DNA from: Thalassobaculaceae bacterium
GTDB taxonomy: Bacteria > Pseudomonadota > Alphaproteobacteria > Thalassobaculales > Thalassobaculaceae
Assembly (NCBI GenBank): GCA_965228875.1
Contig: OZ245843.1
Location: 2,338,616-2,402,615 of the forward strand
Length of the DNA stretch: 64,000 nucleotides
Direction: 5' to 3'
The position numbers were made by a program, and so were the translations under genes. Numbering within the stretch: the first letter of the stretch is position 1; each line of letters begins with the position of its first letter. The notes under the pieces are model-generated. The model ran no database searches. It saw nothing but the letters and a program-made list of their open reading frames with translations, and was not told the DNA's origin. Below are positions 1-10,966 of the stretch, in pieces.

Positions 1-2
1 GG

Positions 3-665
3 CATCTGGTCGCCGCGCTGGAGGGCCGTACCACCCGGACAGCGCCGACCGACTACGTCCGCAAGCTGTTCGACGACTACGCCCCGCGGTTCGAGGCACA
101 CCTGGTCGGAGACCTGCAGTACCGGACCCATACCGAGATGGTCGGCCTGCTGAACCGCTACCGACGCGGGCGGCAGTTCGCCCACGCCCTCGATCTGGGG
201 TGCGGAACCGGACTGGTCGGCGGCGCCGTCCGCGAATTCGTCGACCGGCTGATCGGCATCGACCTGTCCGAGAAGATGCTGCGGCAGGCCGAGGTCAAAG
301 GGATCTACGAGAGCCTGCATGCCCGCGACATCGACGGCTACCTCACCGACAGCGAGGCGGTCTTCGACCTGATGCTGGCCAGCGACGTGTTCGTCTATAT
401 CGGCGCCCTGGACGAGACCATCCGCCTGATCTCCGAGCACCTGACACCCGGCGGACTGCTCGCCTTCTCCGTCGAGGCCGAGGTCCCGGCGGCAGCCTGG
501 GTCCTGCGTCCGTCGGGCCGTTATGGGCACGGCGACGCCTACATCGCGTCGCTGATGGCGGAAAACGGGTTCCTGATCGTCGACAAGCTCCGCACGGTGC
601 TGCGAAAGGATCGCGGCAAACCGGTCGCCGGTATCGTATACTTGGTCGAGAAATTCGCCGACTGA
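3..665 (+). CDS. Class I SAM-dependent methyltransferase, predicted TPR-methyltransferase (COG4976-like); 5'-truncated by the window
   Basis: The frame is open from the window start: ...APTDYVRKLFDDYAPRFEAHLVGDLQY, then motif I LDLGCGTG, GIDLSEKML, DVFVYIG and LRPSGRYGH. Confidence 0.85.
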   Translation, partial: HLVAALEGRTTRTAPTDYVRKLFDDYAPRFEAHLVGDLQYRTHTEMVGLLNRYRRGRQFAHALDLGCGTGLVGGAVREFVDRLIGIDLSEKMLRQAEVKGIYESLHARDIDGYLTDSEAVFDLMLASDVFVYIGALDETIRLISEHLTPGGLLAFSVEAEVPAAAWVLRPSGRYGHGDAYIASLMAENGFLIVDKLRTVLRKDRGKPVAGIVYLVEKFAD

Positions 666-786
666 CGGCTTTTTCCTCCGTCGTGAGGCGACGGATTGCG
701 GTCGGTCGCGCGTTGCGGTCTAGATTACCCAGCGTTACCCGAACCCGTCGGAGGACGACTCCCGGGCCCGCCAGCGGAGGGGCTGA

Positions 787-1908
787 ATGAGTCTCGTGCG
801 TCAAATCCTGCTCATCGGACTTCTCGTTGCGCTGGCGATCAGCGGCTGGACCGTCGGTGGGCCGATGCTGTCCGACGCGCGCGACGCCGAGGGCGGCGCA
901 AGGCGCGGCGGGGGCGACAGGCCGGCCGCCGCCGTCGTCGCCGAGGTGAGCTTCGCCGCCGAGCGCATTCGCGTCGAAGCGGTCGGCAACGGGCGCGCCC
1001 TGCGCTCCGCCACCCTGTTCGCCCCCACCGCCGGCGAGGTCGAGGCGATCAACTTCACCGCCGACGCGGTCGTCGAGCAGGGCGACGTCCTGCTCGAGCT
1101 CGACCGGGAGGCCGAGGAACTGGCGGTCGAGCTTGCGCGGGTACGGCTGACCGACGCGGACCGGATCGTCAAGCGCCTCACCCGTCTCAGCAATACCGGC
1201 GCCGTCGCCCAGGCGACGCTCGACGACGCGCTGACCACGCTGGAAGCCGCCCGGATCGAGCTCAAGCGGGCCGAAGTGGCACTCTCCGACAGGTTCGTCG
1301 TCGCGCCCTTCTCCGGCCGCATCGGGCTGACCGATCTGGACATCGGCGACCGGGTCGCGCCGGATACCCGGATCGCCACACTCGACGACCGGTCGACCCT
1401 GCTCGTCCGCTTCGACGTGCCGGAGGCGCTGCTGGGCCGTATCCGCGTCGGCGAGACGGCGTCGGTGGTTCCCTGGTCCAGCGCCGACATCTCCGCCGTG
1501 GGGACGGTGTACGACGTCGACAGCCGCGTCGACGAGAGCACCCGCTCCTTCACGGCACGGGCCCAGATCCCGAACGAGGGCGACCGCCTGCGCCCCGGCA
1601 TGAGCTTCCGGGTGTCGCTCGACATTCGCGGCGCCGAGTACCCGCGGGTCCCGGAAGTGGCGATCCAGTGGGGCGGCGACGGCTCCTACGTCTGGGTGGT
1701 CGGCGAGGGAACGGCCCGGCGGGAGCCGGTGACCATCGTCCAGCGCCAGGAAGCCCAAGTCCTGATCGACGGCGACGTCGCGCCCGGCGCGCTCGTCGTG
1801 GTCGAGGGCCTGCACCGCATGCGCCCCGGAATCGGGGTCGAGCTGCTGGACGATCGCCAGATGGCGCCACCGCCGGTTCCCGCCCGGCTGCAGGACGCTC
1901 AATCGTGA
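787..1908 (+). CDS. RND efflux transporter periplasmic adaptor (MFP) subunit
   Basis: N-terminal hydrophobic anchor, lipoyl-like and coiled-coil segments, APFSGRIG, LRPGM; GGAGG RBS upstream. Confidence 0.93.
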   Translation: MSLVRQILLIGLLVALAISGWTVGGPMLSDARDAEGGARRGGGDRPAAAVVAEVSFAAERIRVEAVGNGRALRSATLFAPTAGEVEAINFTADAVVEQGDVLLELDREAEELAVELARVRLTDADRIVKRLTRLSNTGAVAQATLDDALTTLEAARIELKRAEVALSDRFVVAPFSGRIGLTDLDIGDRVAPDTRIATLDDRSTLLVRFDVPEALLGRIRVGETASVVPWSSADISAVGTVYDVDSRVDESTRSFTARAQIPNEGDRLRPGMSFRVSLDIRGAEYPRVPEVAIQWGGDGSYVWVVGEGTARREPVTIVQRQEAQVLIDGDVAPGALVVVEGLHRMRPGIGVELLDDRQMAPPPVPARLQDAQS

Positions 1909-4900
1909 CCGCGCCCGTTCCGCCGCCGGCCGGCATCAGCGACCTGCCGTCGCTCAGCGTCCGACGGCCGCTTCTGGCGATGGTCCTCAACCTGCTGATC
2001 GCGCTGGCCGGCATCGCGGCCGTGCTCGCGGTCGAGGTGCGCGAACTGCCGAACGTCGACCGACCGATCGTCTCGGTGCGCGGCATCCTGCCCGGCGCCT
2101 CGCCGGAGACCATGGACCGCGAGGTGACGAGCCTGGTCGAGGGCGCGGTGGCCCGCGTCAACGGCGTGCGCCGGATCCGCTCCTCCTCGGAGGAGAACAA
2201 CTTCCGTTCGCATATCGAGTTCGACCCCGGCGCCAACCTGGACCTCGCGGCCGCCGACGTGCGCGAGGCGGTCAGCCGGGTCGAGCGCGAGCTGCCGGAC
2301 AATGTCGAGCAGCTGACCGTCATCAAGGCCGACGCCGACGCCACGCCGATCCTCCGCCTCGCGGTGCGGGGCGACGGGATGGGCGAGGACGATCTCTCCA
2401 GCATCGTCGAGAACGCCATCATCCCGGAACTGATCTCCGTCGACGGGGTCGCCGACGTGACCCAGTTCGGCGACCGGGAACGCCAGCTTCGGGTGGTTCT
2501 CGACCCGCTGCGGCTGAGCGCCTATCAGCTGTCGGTCACGGACGTGATGGACGTGCTGGAGAACGCGCCGTTCGACATTCCCGCCGGCAGCTTCGGCAGC
2601 GAGGACCAGGAGCTCATCGTGCGCGCCGATGCCACGGTGGAGACCGCGGCCGAGGTCGAAGCCATCGTCATCCGGGACCCGATCCGCATCGGCGACGTCG
2701 CCCAGGTCTTCTTCGGCCCGGAGGACGCCGAGAGCTTCGTGCGGGTGAACGGCGCGCAGGTCATCGGGCTCGGCATCATTCGCCAGGCCCAGTCCAACAC
2801 CATCGAGATCTCCGCACGGGTGCGCGAGACGGTGGCGGAGCTGAACTCCCGCTTCGAACGCGTCCAGGTGTCCGTCACCTCCGACGACGCGCTGTTCATC
2901 GAGGGCTCCGTCGAGGAGGTGCTGTACACGCTGTTCCTGGCGGTCCTGATCGTGATCGCGACCCTGTGGCTGTTTCTCGGCTCGCCGATGGCGACCCTGA
3001 TCCCCTGCGTGTCGATCCCGGTCGCGCTGGTCGGCTCGGTGGCGGCGATCTGGCTGCTCGGGTTCTCGATCAACATCCTCACCCTGCTCGCCCTGGTCCT
3101 GGCCACCGGGATGATCGTCGACGACAGCATCGTGGTGCTCGAGAACATCCAGCGCCGCCGCGGCCAGTCGCTCGGCGCCCGCGCCGCCGCCGTTCTCGGC
3201 TCGCGTCAGGTGTTCTTCGCGGTCATCGCCACCTCGGCGACGTTGGTTTCCGTCTTCGTGCCGATCTCCTTCCTGCCGAGCACCGCCGGACGGCTGTTCC
3301 GCGAGTTCGGCTTCGTTCTCGCGATTGCGGTGGTGATCTCCTCCTTCGTCGCGTTGACTCTGGTGCCGGCCCTGGCCGCCAGACTGCGCGACCAGGACGG
3401 CGGCGGGCTCGGCGTCCGCCGCACGCTCGGCGCGGTCGGTACGCGGCTGGCCGGACTCTACGCGGCGAGCCTGCGGGCCTGCCTCGCGGCACCGCTGGTC
3501 GTCGTCGCCGTCGCCACGATTCTCGCGGCCGGGTCCTGGTTCGCTTTCGAGCGCCTCGACCGGGAGCTGCTGCCGACCGAGGATCGCGGCATCGTGTTCG
3601 CCTTCGGCACCGGTCCGGACGGCGTCGGCCTGTCCTACAGCGACCGTCAGGCCGACCGGATGGAGGCGGTGCTTCAGCCCTACCTGGACAGCGGCGAGAT
3701 CGAGTCGCTGTTCACCATCGTCGGACGCTATGACCTGAACCGCGTGTTCGTTTCCGCCCCCCTCGCCCCCTGGGACAGCCGGCAGCGCTCGCAGCAGGAG
3801 ATCATGGCGGAGATCCGGCCGAAGATGAACGCGATCCCCGGCATGCGGATCCGCGTCTACGGTTCCAACAGCCTGAACCTGCGCAGCAATGCCGGCGGCC
3901 TGGAGGTGGCGCTGATCGGCAACGACTACCTGCGTCTCTACGAGGTCGCGAAGACCATGGCGCGGGCGCTCGAGGACCGGTTCGACTACCTGTCCGATAT
4001 CCGGATCTCCTACCAGCCGACCCAGCCGCAGCTCTCCGTGCGGATCGACCGGCGCCGGGCGTCCGATCTTGGGATCCCGCTCGACGATCTCGCCGACACC
4101 CTGCGCGTGATGATCGACGGCATGGACGTCGCCGACCTGAACGTGCGCGACGAGTCGGTTCCCATCGTTCTGGAAGCGCGCGGCGGGGCAATCGACGATC
4201 CGAGCGATCTGGTGAACCTCTACGTGCGCACCGACCGCGGTCAGCTCGTCCCGCTATCCAGCCTTGTCTCGCTCAAGGAAGAGGGCGTCGCCGCCGAGCT
4301 CGACCGCCACGTGCAGCGCCGCGCCGTGGAGATCGACGCCGACGTGAAGCCCACCGTCACCCTGCAGCAGGCCGCCGCCGACATCCGCGCGCTGGCCGAC
4401 GAGATCCTGCCGGAGGACGTCGACCTGATCCTGCTCGGCGAGGCCGAGGCGTTGGAGGAGGCCGAGCGCGAGGTGATGATCACCTACGCCATCGCCGTCA
4501 TCGTCGTCTTCCTGGTTCTGGTCGCGCAGTTCGAGAGCCTGACCAGCGCCGCCATCGTCCTGGTCACCGTGCCGTTCGGCGTCGCCGCGGCGATCTATGC
4601 CCTGCTGCTGACCGGTACCTCGGTGAATGTCTACAGCCAGATCGGCCTGGTCATGATGATCGGCCTGATGGCGAAGAACGGTATCCTGGTCGTCGAGTTC
4701 GCCGATCAGCTCCGCGACCGGGGTTTCTCGGTGCGCGAGGCCGTCGAGCGGGCGGCGGTGGTCCGGCTGCGGCCGATCGTGATGACCATGGTGTCGACGA
4801 TCTTCGGCGGCCTGCCGCTGATCCTCAGCCAGGGTCCGGGCGCCGAGGCGCGCATGGCGATCGGCTGGGTCGTGTTCGGCGGTCTCGGCCTGGCCGCGAT

Positions 4901-5081
4901 CTTCACGCTGTACCTGACGCCGGTGGTCTATCTCGGCCTCGCCAGACTGTCTCCCGCCCGCGCCAGCGGCGCCGACCGGCTCGACCGCGAGATGGCCCAT
5001 GCCGAGACCGTCCCGGACACCGCCGAAGGCGGCACGGGGCCAACGACGCCAACACATCCCCAGAGCGCGGGCGGCGACTGA
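1905..5081 (+). CDS. RND efflux transporter permease (AcrB/MdtB family)
   Basis: The GTG start overlaps the MFP stop (GTGA). Motifs: SVRRP, PGASPE, SINILTLLALVLATGMIVDDSIVVLENI, KNGILVVEFA, RLRPIVMT. The track ORF from 696 is over-extended. Confidence 0.95.
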   Translation: MTAPVPPPAGISDLPSLSVRRPLLAMVLNLLIALAGIAAVLAVEVRELPNVDRPIVSVRGILPGASPETMDREVTSLVEGAVARVNGVRRIRSSSEENNFRSHIEFDPGANLDLAAADVREAVSRVERELPDNVEQLTVIKADADATPILRLAVRGDGMGEDDLSSIVENAIIPELISVDGVADVTQFGDRERQLRVVLDPLRLSAYQLSVTDVMDVLENAPFDIPAGSFGSEDQELIVRADATVETAAEVEAIVIRDPIRIGDVAQVFFGPEDAESFVRVNGAQVIGLGIIRQAQSNTIEISARVRETVAELNSRFERVQVSVTSDDALFIEGSVEEVLYTLFLAVLIVIATLWLFLGSPMATLIPCVSIPVALVGSVAAIWLLGFSINILTLLALVLATGMIVDDSIVVLENIQRRRGQSLGARAAAVLGSRQVFFAVIATSATLVSVFVPISFLPSTAGRLFREFGFVLAIAVVISSFVALTLVPALAARLRDQDGGGLGVRRTLGAVGTRLAGLYAASLRACLAAPLVVVAVATILAAGSWFAFERLDRELLPTEDRGIVFAFGTGPDGVGLSYSDRQADRMEAVLQPYLDSGEIESLFTIVGRYDLNRVFVSAPLAPWDSRQRSQQEIMAEIRPKMNAIPGMRIRVYGSNSLNLRSNAGGLEVALIGNDYLRLYEVAKTMARALEDRFDYLSDIRISYQPTQPQLSVRIDRRRASDLGIPLDDLADTLRVMIDGMDVADLNVRDESVPIVLEARGGAIDDPSDLVNLYVRTDRGQLVPLSSLVSLKEEGVAAELDRHVQRRAVEIDADVKPTVTLQQAAADIRALADEILPEDVDLILLGEAEALEEAEREVMITYAIAVIVVFLVLVAQFESLTSAAIVLVTVPFGVAAAIYALLLTGTSVNVYSQIGLVMMIGLMAKNGILVVEFADQLRDRGFSVREAVERAAVVRLRPIVMTMVSTIFGGLPLILSQGPGAEARMAIGWVVFGGLGLAAIFTLYLTPVVYLGLARLSPARASGADRLDREMAHAETVPDTAEGGTGPTTPTHPQSAGGD

Positions 5082-5102
5082 CCGGAGCCGGACGGGCCAC
5101 GG

Positions 5103-5741
5103 TCAGCCCAGGATCGCCTCCGCCCTGTCAATCTCCGCTCCGGCGTCCCGCATTGCCGTCATCGCCGCGTCGAGCGAGCCGTCGAGGTCGATCGCCCGGC
5201 AGGCGTCACTCAGGATGACCGCCGCGAAGCCCGCCTTGCGGGCGTCCAGGACCGACCAGGCGACGCAGAAATCGGTGGCGAGGCCGGCGAAGAACAACCG
5301 CCGGAACCCGCGCTCGCGCAGGTAGCCGCCGAGCCCCGTCGGCGTCGTCTGGTCGTTCTCCATGAAGGCGGAGTAGCTGTCTATTTCGCGCCGGTAGCCT
5401 TTGCGCACGACAAGTTCGGCCCGGTCCAGCGCGAGGTCGTCGTGCAGTGCCGCCCCCATGGTTCCCTGCACGCAGTGGTCCGGCCAGAGCGTCTGCGGCC
5501 CGTAGGGCATGGCGATCCGGGTGAAGGGGCCGTGCCCCGGATGCTGCGAGGCGAAGGAGCTGTGGTCGGCCGGATGCCAATCCTGGGTCACGACCACATG
5601 GGCGAAGCGCTCCGCCAGGCGGTTGGCCAGCGGCACCACGGCATCGCCCTCGGCCACGGCCAGCGAGCCGCCAGGCATGAAATCGTACTGAAGGTCGACC
5701 AGAACGAGACAGTCGCTCGGGCCGGGTCTGATGGCGGGCAT
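5103..5741 (-). CDS. pncA: Nicotinamidase/pyrazinamidase
   Basis: VDLQYDFMPGGSL, TQDWHP, LWPDHCVQ, KG...DSYSAF, GLATDFCV catalytic motifs. Confidence 0.95.
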   Translation of the reverse strand: MPAIRPGPSDCLVLVDLQYDFMPGGSLAVAEGDAVVPLANRLAERFAHVVVTQDWHPADHSSFASQHPGHGPFTRIAMPYGPQTLWPDHCVQGTMGAALHDDLALDRAELVVRKGYRREIDSYSAFMENDQTTPTGLGGYLRERGFRRLFFAGLATDFCVAWSVLDARKAGFAAVILSDACRAIDLDGSLDAAMTAMRDAGAEIDRAEAILG

Positions 5742-5787
5742 GGCGCACTCCGGGTTGTCGGGGCGAGGCTAGTGGGCGATTTGAGAC

Positions 5788-5837
5788 AGAGCAAACTCAC
5801 GCGAGCCGATGTTTTCATCTCATCGTGATTTGCTCTA
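5788..5837 (-). repeat. Partial copy (left hairpin) of an intergenic palindromic element family
   Basis: AGAGCAAACTCACG...CGTGATTTGCTCT inverted repeat. The reverse complement aligns ungapped to 56427-56476 at 34/50 nt by manual count. Confidence 0.7.
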
Positions 5838-5881
5838 CACCCTGCCCGGCCCGGCGTCGATCCGCTCGCCGCCCGAAGGCG

Positions 5882-6952
5882 TCAGGCCGACGGGAAGGCG
5901 CCCCGGGTCCGGTTGGCGAAGGCCACCAGCGACAGCATGACCGGAACCTCCACCAGCACGCCGACCACCGTAGCCAGGGCCGCGCCGGACTCCAGACCGA
6001 ACAGGCTGATCGCCACGGCGACGGCGAGCTCGAAGAAGTTCGACGTTCCGATCAGCGCGCAGGGGGCCGCGATCGGAAACGGAATGCGCCACGCCCAGGC
6101 GGCGGCATAGGCGACCGCAAAGATGCCATAGGACTGCACCAGCAGCGGTGCGGCGATCATCGCGATCACGACCGGCCGGTCGAGGATGATCTGGCCCTGG
6201 AACCCGAACAGCAGGACGACGGTCGCCAACAGCCCGATGACCGAGATCGGCTTGACGGCGGCAGTGAACCGGTCGACCGCCGCCTGTCCGCCACGCCCGG
6301 CGTGGTGGGTCAGCCGCCAGCGCGTGATCGCCCCCGCCACCAGCGGAATGACGACATAGAGCGCTACCGACAGCAGCAGCGTCTCCCACGGCACGGCAAT
6401 GTCGGTGACGCCCAGCAGGAACGCCACGATCGGCGCGAAGGCGAAGACCATGATGATGTCGTTCACCGACACCTGGACCAGGGTGTAGTTGGCGTCGCCG
6501 CGGGTCAGCTGCGACCAGACGAACACCATGGCGGTGCAGGGTGCTGCGCCGAGCAGGATCAGACCCGCGATGTACTGCTGCGCATCCGCCGGCGCGATCA
6601 GGTCGGCGAACAGCACCTCGAAGAACAGGACCCCGAGGGCCGCCATGGTGAACGGCTTGACCAGCCAGTTCACCACGATCGTCACCGCGAGCCCCTTCGG
6701 CTTGTCGGCGATGTGACCGAGACTGGCGAAATCGACGTTCACCATCATCGGGTAGACCATCGCCCATATCAGTACCGCCACGAGCAGGTTCACGCTGGCG
6801 ACCTCGAAGGTGGCCAGCAGCCCGAACAGCTCCGGCATGAACGAACCGAGGGCGACGCCGACGGCGATGCACAGGGCCACCCAGAGCGACAGCCACTTCT
6901 CGAAGAAGCCGATCCCCCCGGCGGGGGCGGTCGATGCGGAATCTCCAGTCAT
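5882..6952 (-). CDS. acr3: ACR3-family arsenite efflux transporter
   Basis: [56 protein letters not shown]. Confidence 0.96.
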   Translation of the reverse strand: MTGDSASTAPAGGIGFFEKWLSLWVALCIAVGVALGSFMPELFGLLATFEVASVNLLVAVLIWAMVYPMMVNVDFASLGHIADKPKGLAVTIVVNWLVKPFTMAALGVLFFEVLFADLIAPADAQQYIAGLILLGAAPCTAMVFVWSQLTRGDANYTLVQVSVNDIIMVFAFAPIVAFLLGVTDIAVPWETLLLSVALYVVIPLVAGAITRWRLTHHAGRGGQAAVDRFTAAVKPISVIGLLATVVLLFGFQGQIILDRPVVIAMIAAPLLVQSYGIFAVAYAAAWAWRIPFPIAAPCALIGTSNFFELAVAVAISLFGLESGAALATVVGVLVEVPVMLSLVAFANRTRGAFPSA

Positions 6953-6996
6953 CGTATTACTCTGCTGGTTGGAGTTGGGTCATGCGTCGCTGCGGA

Positions 6997-7368
6997 TCAG
7001 TCGGTAGTCGCATCATCGACCTGCCGGACCTCGTGCCCCGTTTCCTCGCCCTGCCGAACGCCGAACAGGCCGCAGAGCTCCGGATGGCCGTTGCAGCACT
7101 CGTCCGTCAGGAACGAAAGCAGGCGGCGCATGCCTTCGATCTCGACGGCATAGAAGACGTTGCGGCGCATGCGCCACGAGCGGACCAGGCCGGCACGCTC
7201 CATCTGCGCCACGTGGAAGGACACGTTCGACGGCGCGAGTCCCGCCTGCTGCGCGATCTCGCCGGCGGCCACGCCGGACGGACCCGCCCGCATGAGGACC
7301 CGGTAGATCGTCAGCCGGTTTTCGTGGGCCAGCGCCGCGAGCGCACCGATTGCCTGCTCTTCCAACAT
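6997..7368 (-). CDS. arsR: ArsR/SmtB arsenic-responsive repressor (C-terminal CC-x6-C type)
   Basis: ALAHENRL..HTH..SFH and C-terminal ECCNGHPELC; directly upstream of acr3. Confidence 0.92.
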   Translation of the reverse strand: MLEEQAIGALAALAHENRLTIYRVLMRAGPSGVAAGEIAQQAGLAPSNVSFHVAQMERAGLVRSWRMRRNVFYAVEIEGMRRLLSFLTDECCNGHPELCGLFGVRQGEETGHEVRQVDDATTD

Positions 7369-7393
7369 TTCAATCCTTCCACTATCATTGAAA
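7368..7393. promoter_or_regulatory. Probable ArsR operator
   Basis: Inverted repeat TTTCAAT-N12-ATTGAAA overlapping the arsR start and RBS in an AT-rich patch. Confidence 0.7.
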
Positions 7394-7601
7394 CATTACA
7401 CTGATCGGGCAAATGTGCAACCGCCGTCTGACGGATTCTCTCGTCTGGCGAATTCGCTCGGCGGATCTGCGCGCGAGCGTCATGGACGCCCGCCCGACCA
7501 CGCCTCGAGAAGACGCAGACCACCATACCGGTCCGAACAGCCGGAGCCTGTCGCCCCATCGGTCCGCGATCGGCAGGCGATCGCGGCGAACGTGACGGGA
7601 G

Positions 7602-7946
7602 CTAGTTCCTCGCGGATGGATCCTCGGTTGAATCGAGGACAAGCAGCATCAGGTCGTCGCTCTCGCGAATGGCGTCGTGCAGATCGTCCCAAGGGGTTTC
7701 GATCAGACAGCGGTACTCGTCGCCGACCCGCTCCTGCACCGACACCTCGATCCAGGCCCGGGTGCCAGCGAGCTTGATCCGGTAGTGGGTCCCCTGCGCG
7801 AGACCGGCCCCACTGGCGAGCCGGGCGCCGGCGATCGACAGGTTCAGAACGCGGGCCTGCGGATCCAGGCTTTCGCCCGCCGCCGTCTCGATCGCCGCGG
7901 TGATATCCGTATCGCGCCGTGCGAAACTACGGCGATCCTCAGTCAT
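7602..7946 (-). CDS. Stand-alone PilZ-domain (c-di-GMP receptor-like) protein
   Basis: N-terminal DRRSFARR (RxxxR) and NLSIAG (D/NxSxxG); ATG at 7946 preceded by AGGGG. Confidence 0.75.
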   Translation of the reverse strand: MTEDRRSFARRDTDITAAIETAAGESLDPQARVLNLSIAGARLASGAGLAQGTHYRIKLAGTRAWIEVSVQERVGDEYRCLIETPWDDLHDAIRESDDLMLLVLDSTEDPSARN

Positions 7947-7989
7947 GGTACCCCTGCAGTCGTGCTGTTGGACGCCCGTCGCGCCGCGA

Positions 7990-10761
7990 CTAGGCGCTAT
8001 ACTCACGCAGTTCCGCCGTCAAGCCCAAGGCTTCCGATCGCGTTCGGTCCACGATCTCGTCCAAGGCCTGAAGTTCCGCCTCCGAGGGACGGCCGCCGGC
8101 CGACAGCAGTTGCTCCAGCACCAACGCCTTGTCGGCCAGGAGATTGGCGCCGAAGTTCAGGGACATCCCTTTGATCGTGTGTGCCGTCCGCGCCGACGCC
8201 CGCAGGTCGCCGGCCTTCAGGGCGTCGCGAAACTCCTCAAGCGCGTCGTCCAGTCCGTCGGCGAACTTGTCGATCATCGTCGCCACGACCGGCCCCTCCA
8301 GCGCCTGGCGGAGAACATCGATCCGCGAGCGGTCGATCGCCGGACTGGCTGCCTCCTCGACGGCGGCGGGCGGGCGGGCCGCAGCGGTGGAGGCTTTCCG
8401 GCCCGGTCCGTCCGTCAGTTCGATCAGCAGCCGCTCCAGCGCATCGAAATCGATCGGTTTGGCCTGGTAGGCGTCGAAGCCGAGCGAAAGATAGTGCTCG
8501 CGCTGTCCCTCGCCGGCATGGGCCGTGAGCGCCACGATGGCCGGCGCCTCCGCCCCCAGGATCTCGCGGATGCGCTGCGCCGCCTGCTCGCCGTTCATCT
8601 CCGGCATCTCGATATCCATCAGGATCACGTCGAAGGGATAGCGACCGGCGACATTCACGGCCTCGATGCCGTTCCCGGCGAGCGTGACTGCGTGACCGAT
8701 CGTGGTGAGCGCCTTCTCCATGAGGATGCGGTTGATGGAATTGTCCTCAGCGACCAGCAGGTTCAGCGACCGGCCATGTATCATCCGCTTTTCCTCAGCT
8801 GGCGTTTGCGGCGCAGCCACCTCCTCGCCGACCAGGGCAGACAGCAGGTCCAATGGCTGGACCGGTTTGTGCAGCACCCGCTCGAAGGCGTCGAACAGGC
8901 CCCGGCTACGCCCGTGGCCGACATCGGCGGACGTGGCCAGGATCAGGCGAAGGTCGCGCAGGTCCGGATCCGCCCGCACCGCTTTTGCCAGGTCGACGCC
9001 CGTGATATCCGGCATGTGGTGATCGAAAACCGCGACGTCGAACGGCCGGCCGTCGCTCGCCGCCTGTCGGATCAGGGCAAGCGCCTCGCCCGGATCGGTG
9101 GTCTCCACGCTTTCCGCCTCCCAGAGAGCCACCTGTCGGCGGAAAATCTCGACGTTGATCGGCATGTCGTCGACGATCAGGCAGTTCAGTCCGCGGATCC
9201 GCTCCGGCAGAGAGCTGCGCGCCGGCTGCTTCTCCGCCAGCGCCAGTGGCAGTTCGAGGGTGAAGACACTGCCGGAGCCGTCCTCCGATGTCACGGTGAT
9301 CTTTCCGCCCATCGCGACTGCGATGCGCTGGCTGATCGCCAGACCGAGTCCGGTGCCGCCATACCGGCGCGAGATGCTCTGATCGGCCTGGGCGAATTCC
9401 TGGAAGAGACCGTCGACCTGCGCCTGCGAAATGCCGATCCCGGTATCCGTCACCTCGAACCGCACCCGGTCGCCCTCGCCCGCCGTGACGATCACGGTGA
9501 CCCCACCCGACGAGGTGAACTTCACCGCGTTGCCGACCAGGTTGAGCAGAATCTGGCGCAGCCGGCTCGCGTCGCCGTGCCGGCGCAGCGGCATCGAGGT
9601 GTCGATGAACGCCGCCATGTCGATGCCCTTGGCCGAGGCCTGCGGATAGAACAGGTCGGTCACGCTGGACAGAATGTCGTTCAGCTCGAACACCGTGTCC
9701 TCGATATCGAGGGTACCGAACTCCATCTTCGAGAAGTCGAGGATGTCGTTCAGGATGACCAGGAGGTTGTCGGCCGACTGCTTGGCGACCGAGATCATCG
9801 AGCGCTGTTCGTCGCCGAGTTCGGCACGCAGCACGAGACCCAGCATGCCGATCAGTCCGTTCATCGGCGTGCGGATTTCGTGGCTCATCATGGCAAGGAA
9901 CCTGGACTTCGCCTCGTTGGCCCGCTCCGCGGCCTCCTTCGCCCGGGTCACCTCGCTCACATCGGCCAGGGCGAGCATCACGCGCTCGTCGGCGCGGGAC
10001 AGGCCGGCCTGGTAGACACGCCCCTCACCCACCCCGTCGGCGTCGACGCGTTCGTCGACCTGCAGCCGCTCAATGCCGCCCTCGGTGAACACCCGCACGC
10101 AGGCCTCGAACACCTGCTCGTGGATCCGCGGCGCCGCAACGCTGAACCGCTGGCCGTCCAGCCGCCGATCCGACAGGAACACCTCCTCCGCCCGTCGGTT
10201 GGCGACGGCGATCACGAAATCCGCCACCGCGCCGTTCTCGTCCTGCACGGGGCGCAGGAGAAGAAGCCCTTCGGTGCTGCTGTCCATGATGGCGTCGAAC
10301 GCGTCGGACTTGTTGTCCGCCGGCGTGTTGAAGCAGACGAGGATCGGACGGCCGTCCTCCTCGACCGGAAGAATCAACCGTTCCCACAACAGGACACCGC
10401 TGGCGTGGCTGGCCCGGTGCAGGGTGTAGAGCGGAAGGCGGTCCGCCAGGACCTGCCGGTACTTAGCCTCGAAGAATCGGCCGACCTCACTGTTGAAGTC
10501 GGCGGTCGACCGTCCCGTCATGTCGAAACCGGAGGCGCGCGCGATGCCCACGCCGTAGTGGCGATACCGGAAGCCCGACTCCTCCGGTGCCAGCACCAAC
10601 AGGTTGGACGCGATCAGCGCCCGGGTTGCCGGGTCGAAAGCCGAGAACGGCGGCAGTCGATCCGCGTCGGCAAGGTCGATCCATTCCCGGTACAGGCCCC
10701 GGATCGTCCGGTTCTCGACCAGCCGGTCGATCGCGTCACGGATCTCGGTATGAAAAACCAC
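7990..10761 (-). CDS. Cytoplasmic unorthodox hybrid histidine kinase (PAS-PAS-HisKA-HATPase-REC-REC-HPt)
   Basis: [40 protein letters not shown]1 FDHHMP, REC2 MDIEMP, HPt AHTIKG; no TM helix apparent. Confidence 0.93.
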   Translation of the reverse strand: MVFHTEIRDAIDRLVENRTIRGLYREWIDLADADRLPPFSAFDPATRALIASNLLVLAPEESGFRYRHYGVGIARASGFDMTGRSTADFNSEVGRFFEAKYRQVLADRLPLYTLHRASHASGVLLWERLILPVEEDGRPILVCFNTPADNKSDAFDAIMDSSTEGLLLLRPVQDENGAVADFVIAVANRRAEEVFLSDRRLDGQRFSVAAPRIHEQVFEACVRVFTEGGIERLQVDERVDADGVGEGRVYQAGLSRADERVMLALADVSEVTRAKEAAERANEAKSRFLAMMSHEIRTPMNGLIGMLGLVLRAELGDEQRSMISVAKQSADNLLVILNDILDFSKMEFGTLDIEDTVFELNDILSSVTDLFYPQASAKGIDMAAFIDTSMPLRRHGDASRLRQILLNLVGNAVKFTSSGGVTVIVTAGEGDRVRFEVTDTGIGISQAQVDGLFQEFAQADQSISRRYGGTGLGLAISQRIAVAMGGKITVTSEDGSGSVFTLELPLALAEKQPARSSLPERIRGLNCLIVDDMPINVEIFRRQVALWEAESVETTDPGEALALIRQAASDGRPFDVAVFDHHMPDITGVDLAKAVRADPDLRDLRLILATSADVGHGRSRGLFDAFERVLHKPVQPLDLLSALVGEEVAAPQTPAEEKRMIHGRSLNLLVAEDNSINRILMEKALTTIGHAVTLAGNGIEAVNVAGRYPFDVILMDIEMPEMNGEQAAQRIREILGAEAPAIVALTAHAGEGQREHYLSLGFDAYQAKPIDFDALERLLIELTDGPGRKASTAAARPPAAVEEAASPAIDRSRIDVLRQALEGPVVATMIDKFADGLDDALEEFRDALKAGDLRASARTAHTIKGMSLNFGANLLADKALVLEQLLSAGGRPSEAELQALDEIVDRTRSEALGLTAELREYSA

Positions 10762-10861
10762 ATCGTCGCTCCGCGCTGATACGCGCCTACACTACGGCGG
10801 GCGACCGCTGGGCGAAAGCCTGCGCGCACCGGAATGCGCGCTGGAATGATCGCATTGGACG

Positions 10862-10966
10862 CGGGCAGTTCGCGCCCCCGGACGAACCGGAATCGCTTTG
10901 CTCTGTCCCCGGACCTAGAAGTCGATCAACGGTTCAGATCGCTCCGACCGGAAGCGATAGCGCTCA
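10862..10966 (+). repeat. Degenerate copy of the intergenic palindromic element family
   Basis: 10916-10965 aligns ungapped to 56491-56540 at 37/50 nt by manual count; its end overlaps the protease stop codon. Confidence 0.65.

Noticed and set aside
696..1904. Apparent 400-aa N-terminal extension of the RND permease (likewise the extensions of ORFs 12943-14670, 29979-33011, 52903-55152 and 19955-21301)
   Set aside because: Arg/Pro/Gly-rich off-frame read-through over neighbouring genes; better internal starts exist.
7900..10779. 959-aa plus-strand ORF and similar long ORFs (32372-35122, 29916-32201, 26810-29203, 23001-24995, 61869-63848)
   Set aside because: These are antisense shadows of well-supported genes, expected from GC-rich codon bias, and show no protein motifs.
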